A stretch of 64,000 nt of DNA, from positions 287,742,001-287,806,000 of the forward strand of contig OZ024740.1 of NCBI GenBank assembly GCA_964016885.1, in the 5' to 3' direction. The DNA comes from Eledone cirrhosa (taxonomy: Eukaryota). Made by a program: the position numbers and the translations under genes. Below are positions 59,864 through 64,000 of the stretch, one piece after another (position 1 is the stretch's first letter; the number at the start of each line of letters is the position of its first letter). The notes under the pieces are model-generated. The model saw nothing but the letters and a program-made list of their open reading frames with translations. It made no database searches and was not told the DNA's origin.

Positions 59864-59995
59864 ATTCAATATCCTCCTGCTACTTCTTCTGTTGTTCAGA
59901 GTTCGGCAAATAGGAGGCTACATGTAAAAAGGTCCGGTGAAACCAGGTGTAGGGACTCACTCAGAAGTCCGCGCATTAGCAGGTTACAGGCCAAG
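59864..59995 (+). CDS. Candidate WNK cassette exon (132 nt, symmetric phase 0)
   Basis: GC-rich island in AT-rich intron; open frame IQYPPATSSVVQSSANRRLHVKRSGETRCRDSLRSPRISRLQAK; donor AAG/gtgtgt; acceptor uncertain (59850 or 59863). Confidence 0.45.
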
Positions 59996-62900
59996 GTGTG
60001 TTTAATGGTGCCTCCTCTATTATGACTTTTCCTGCTGCCATTGCTGCTTATTTTGCACTCATGACTGTCAATGCTATTGAGCTTGCTTTTTACTTTAATT
60101 ATGACTTGTAATTTCACTGAATCACCTCCATTTAAAAAATTATTACAATTAATAGAAAGTCAAAGAAAATATTAGTAACTAATTTGAAACAAAAGTATAA
60201 TTACAGTATTTGATTGGGATATTAACAAATTGTCTTTTGAATATTTTCTTTTTATATTTGTTTTGCATATGAGTTAGGTTAGTAAGAAGACATTTTTTTA
60301 AAGAATATTTCTTAAAGTAATAAACAATATAGATTGTGTAGAATTCTTTTTTCTTATATCTGATATAATCTTTCATTTTAATTTGACATTTAACATTGTG
60401 TTCAGCATTACAAAGCATTTTTAGATTCTCTTTCCTAGATTAGTACTGATAATTGTTGGGTGTGTTTCTTTGTGTCTGCTCCTACATGATAATAAAATGC
60501 AAAGCTTCAAATTATGACCCATCAAAATAAACACACTTTGCTACAATTTATTTTTCTTTTTTAGTGAATTTAGCTTATATTTAGCATTAATACAATTCTA
60601 CATTGTGTAGAAAAGTAACAAAATATTAAAATAAGTTATAATTTCTGTTGAAGATAAAATAAAATAAATAATTTACTATGTATTTAACAGTAAGATAGTC
60701 TAGATATTTATTTAATACTTATAGCTGGAAATTTGTTTCTGAATTAAGTTGTAGTTCATTTTCATGTTATTTTATAAGTTTTGTTATGGAATTTTGTTGT
60801 CATTATTTGATTTGATTTTTTAAATGAAATCAAAATAATTATAAACGCTTAGAAAATATTTATACTTTTGTAAATTTACTATACTTTTATAGAATCTTCA
60901 ATATATGCATAATGGTAATTTTTTAAACTTAAAGGGAATAAGGATTTTGGCATAAGGCAGACAAGGTTAGTTTTCATTGAAACAATATACCTCTGAAAAT
61001 GACTTGGTTGGTTATGTGGTTACTGCAGTTGTTTCCTGTATTTCAATAATTTTCTTCTCTTTAAAATTAGTGATTTTATTATCCATGGTTAATCTTTTAT
61101 TTTATCTGTAACCAGCATTATTTCACTCAAAAGAGATGTGATATTAACCCTTCTACTTACAAATATTGTAATATCACTCTTCCCTGGCTATATATAGCTG
61201 TTTCTCCAATAAATATGGAAAATAACAGCATTACTAATTTGACAAGAACATAATTTTGAGATTACATGTAAGCTTGCTTTGGTTAGCACTATATTATCAA
61301 CATGTTAAATACTTAATTAGTAGTTGGTTTTGGTTCAGTGAAGATTATATTGAGATGTTCCACTGGTCAACTTGTAATAAATTCCTTTTCCTCATTGAAT
61401 TAGTATTTTATTTCTCTTCTCTGAATTTTGTCCTCTCCTAGACTTGCAAGTTTTTCAATTTAAAATAGTCACTTAATGAAAAATATTACAATTACCTGGA
61501 CTTAACTTTGTTAGTTAGAGCAAAATCTGTGACTGTTAGTTTCGTAGATTTAGTATGTCTTGTTAAAGATTTTTTAACAACCTACAGTTGTGAGTAAACA
61601 AAAGTGCAACAAACTTGACTGAACTGAAATTGCTTCAAGTTTGATCTTTTTTATTTTTACTTTTTCCCCCAATCAGTATAAGAAGATATGTAGCTCTCTT
61701 AAATAATATAATTGCATAGTTATATCACAAATGGTTTAATAAAATAATGTGCTTCTACAGATTGGTAAATTTCAATGCTTTCTTACATCACTTTCAGGCA
61801 GTTAAAGTTTATTGATTTTTTTTTTTTTTTTCCCTAAATATATTTAGATAAAAATAAGGTTAATAAATAAGTGTACAATTTGGATGAAAATAGTGATTAG
61901 CAGGTTTCTCAAATAGTCAATTGCATAGATAAAAGGAAAAGAGCTAATTGTTAGTTTGGATGAAGGAAACTGTTTCCATTGCTGATACTATCTATTTGTC
62001 TTACACATTCACACTCAATCCTTACACATTGACTCAATCACCCAAAACATTTTTTGATTCCAGAAGAATAATGTGACAAATTAATTTTGAATTTGTTTCT
62101 AAATTTATTGTATACTGCTGTAGTCAACTTGATTTAATGCATATTTTAATTGTTTTAAGAGACTAGACATAGCTATTGTTGTTAGTGTGTAGCAGATATT
62201 GAGATGTGATAAGTTCATTGTAAAATGTGGCCACAACCTGATTCTGCGTGCCAGTCGAAATTGCTCTATTTACTTCATAAGTTTTAAAATTGATGCCTAC
62301 ATTAGAAATCTCTTCTATTATTATCATATGCTATAAAACAATGTAAATTATTGTAAAAACAATGACATGGAAAACAGAAGAGCATTTATATTTCATTGTT
62401 AGATGTTGGTAGCCACTCTCTATTACAAACAGGTGAAAGAAATCTGGCTTTTACTATGACTGTCTTTACTACATCTGGCATTAAGTTGCTTGCATGGGGA
62501 TAATACTCATATGGTAGCACTTTTATAATATTGTAAAATTACTTTTAATAGTGTCAGCATTATTCTTAATTGATTGGCTTTGGTCTAATTTGAAACAACT
62601 ATATTATAATGCTTTTGTATTGATGTCATAGAATTGTGTAAAGAATATACAACACTGGATTTGTGAATCAATATAAAATGTGATATATATTTTCTCGCAT
62701 GTTTGTTCTCATATAATGTTGTTCAGTTTATATTTGTTACTGGTGGACCCAAGCCATCGATAATGATGACAATAGTGTTGAACATATTTAATTTTTGAAC
62801 TCCAAGACCAAGATAAGTATGCTATGTATACCAGGGTTACCAGATATATGTACAATCATAGAAAACAGGAAATTTGCATTAAAAAAAACCCTTGAGTTTA

Positions 62901-63153
62901 TGTTAATTCCTCACACGTGTAAGTGATTAAAGTTAAGAATGATATTTTAATAAATTATTTTCATGTTATCATCATATGACATATAGGATTAAATATATGA
63001 GTAACTTTGGAGAAATAACTATAATGGAGGCAAGTAAAGGGTTTGACCCTAGAACATTATGATTGGAAAATGTTCTTATTGTAGTAACATGACTGATATA
63101 GGATAATGCATTATGAGTATGTTTGTGTGAGTAAATTTTAAAGAGCTACCGAC

Positions 63154-63206
<53 letters not shown>

Positions 63207-64000
63207 TATAAAACACATGGAATATTATTCTGGTTGATGAGATATTTTCCTTAGAATTTCCACACTCATTTATTTTTTTAATCTATAATACATAATTCTT
63301 AGTGTTCAATTTGTTATATATCCCATTGTGTATTACCTGAGTAATATAGCTTTGCCATAAGTGGAAATATTTACTCATTAGATAATTATCTATTTCATTA
63401 TTAAGCATTTGTTTCAAGTTATATACACATGCGGTGGTAAAATCTATTTAATGCCTTTTCCTGTAAACATAATATATTTTAAATCATTGTATATAAATGT
63501 ATTTATACAATTATTTAAAATATTTCAGTTCAGCAACAGCGGCTTTTTACTTGCACTCACAAGAAAACATTTTTATTATGATTTTTTTATATCCCATATT
63601 TTTAGTTGCATGTTTATATATCTACTGTTGCTTTGCCACTGGGTAAAAGGATTTGTTGTTTTATTTATTTTAATGATTTATTGAAGATATTTAAAAAACA
63701 TTATTGCCTTTCTGTTTTTACTGCAGTCAAGTTTCAAATGCAGTTTATAATTTTGGTTATAGTTTCTATTCTTTAAATTTCATTAAGGTTTTAATAGAAA
63801 TTGCTTATTATTTTTATATTGGTAGTTGAAAGTGGAATTAACATATATTTATATTAATTACATACATTTAATAATCAGTTATTTATACTATTTTTTCTAT
63901 ATAAATTTTGTTAGTTACTAAATTCTAAATGAAAAAATATAGCAATTTATTCTCTAAAAAATAGTTTATTTTCAGAATTGCTATGAAGTTATTTATTAGC

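Noticed and set aside
60110-64000. Further WNK exons or other genes
   Set aside because: AT-rich sequence with only short low-complexity ORFs; no exon could be supported by eye, though small ones may be missed.

Overview
AT-rich animal genomic DNA. The SINE families and heavy (TA)n load suggest an octopus or other coleoid cephalopod (inference). The right part holds internal + strand exons of a WNK serine/threonine kinase gene: kinase exons at 40294-45298, then low-complexity exons and candidate exons out to about 60 kb. The first coding exon was not found, so 1-40293 is probably one large intron. The first 14.5 kb is a nest of retroelements separated by (TA)n tracts. It contains an apparently intact 1021-aa RTE LINE with a C4HC3 (PHD-like) finger after the RT core, decayed RTE copies, a CR1-like LINE, a Naiad-type Penelope-like element (RT + GIY-YIG) and two Penelope-type hammerhead ribozyme motifs. 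A ~12.9 kb TA/TATG satellite with a 200-N gap follows. Elsewhere there are young tRNA-derived SINEs with TSDs, RTE-derived bipartite or VNTR-containing SINE-like elements, and TTAA-flanked piggyBac-type MITEs. All long I/Y/M/C-rich ORFs are microsatellite artefacts. Alignments and folds were done by eye, and TE boundaries are approximate unless a TSD or tail is given.
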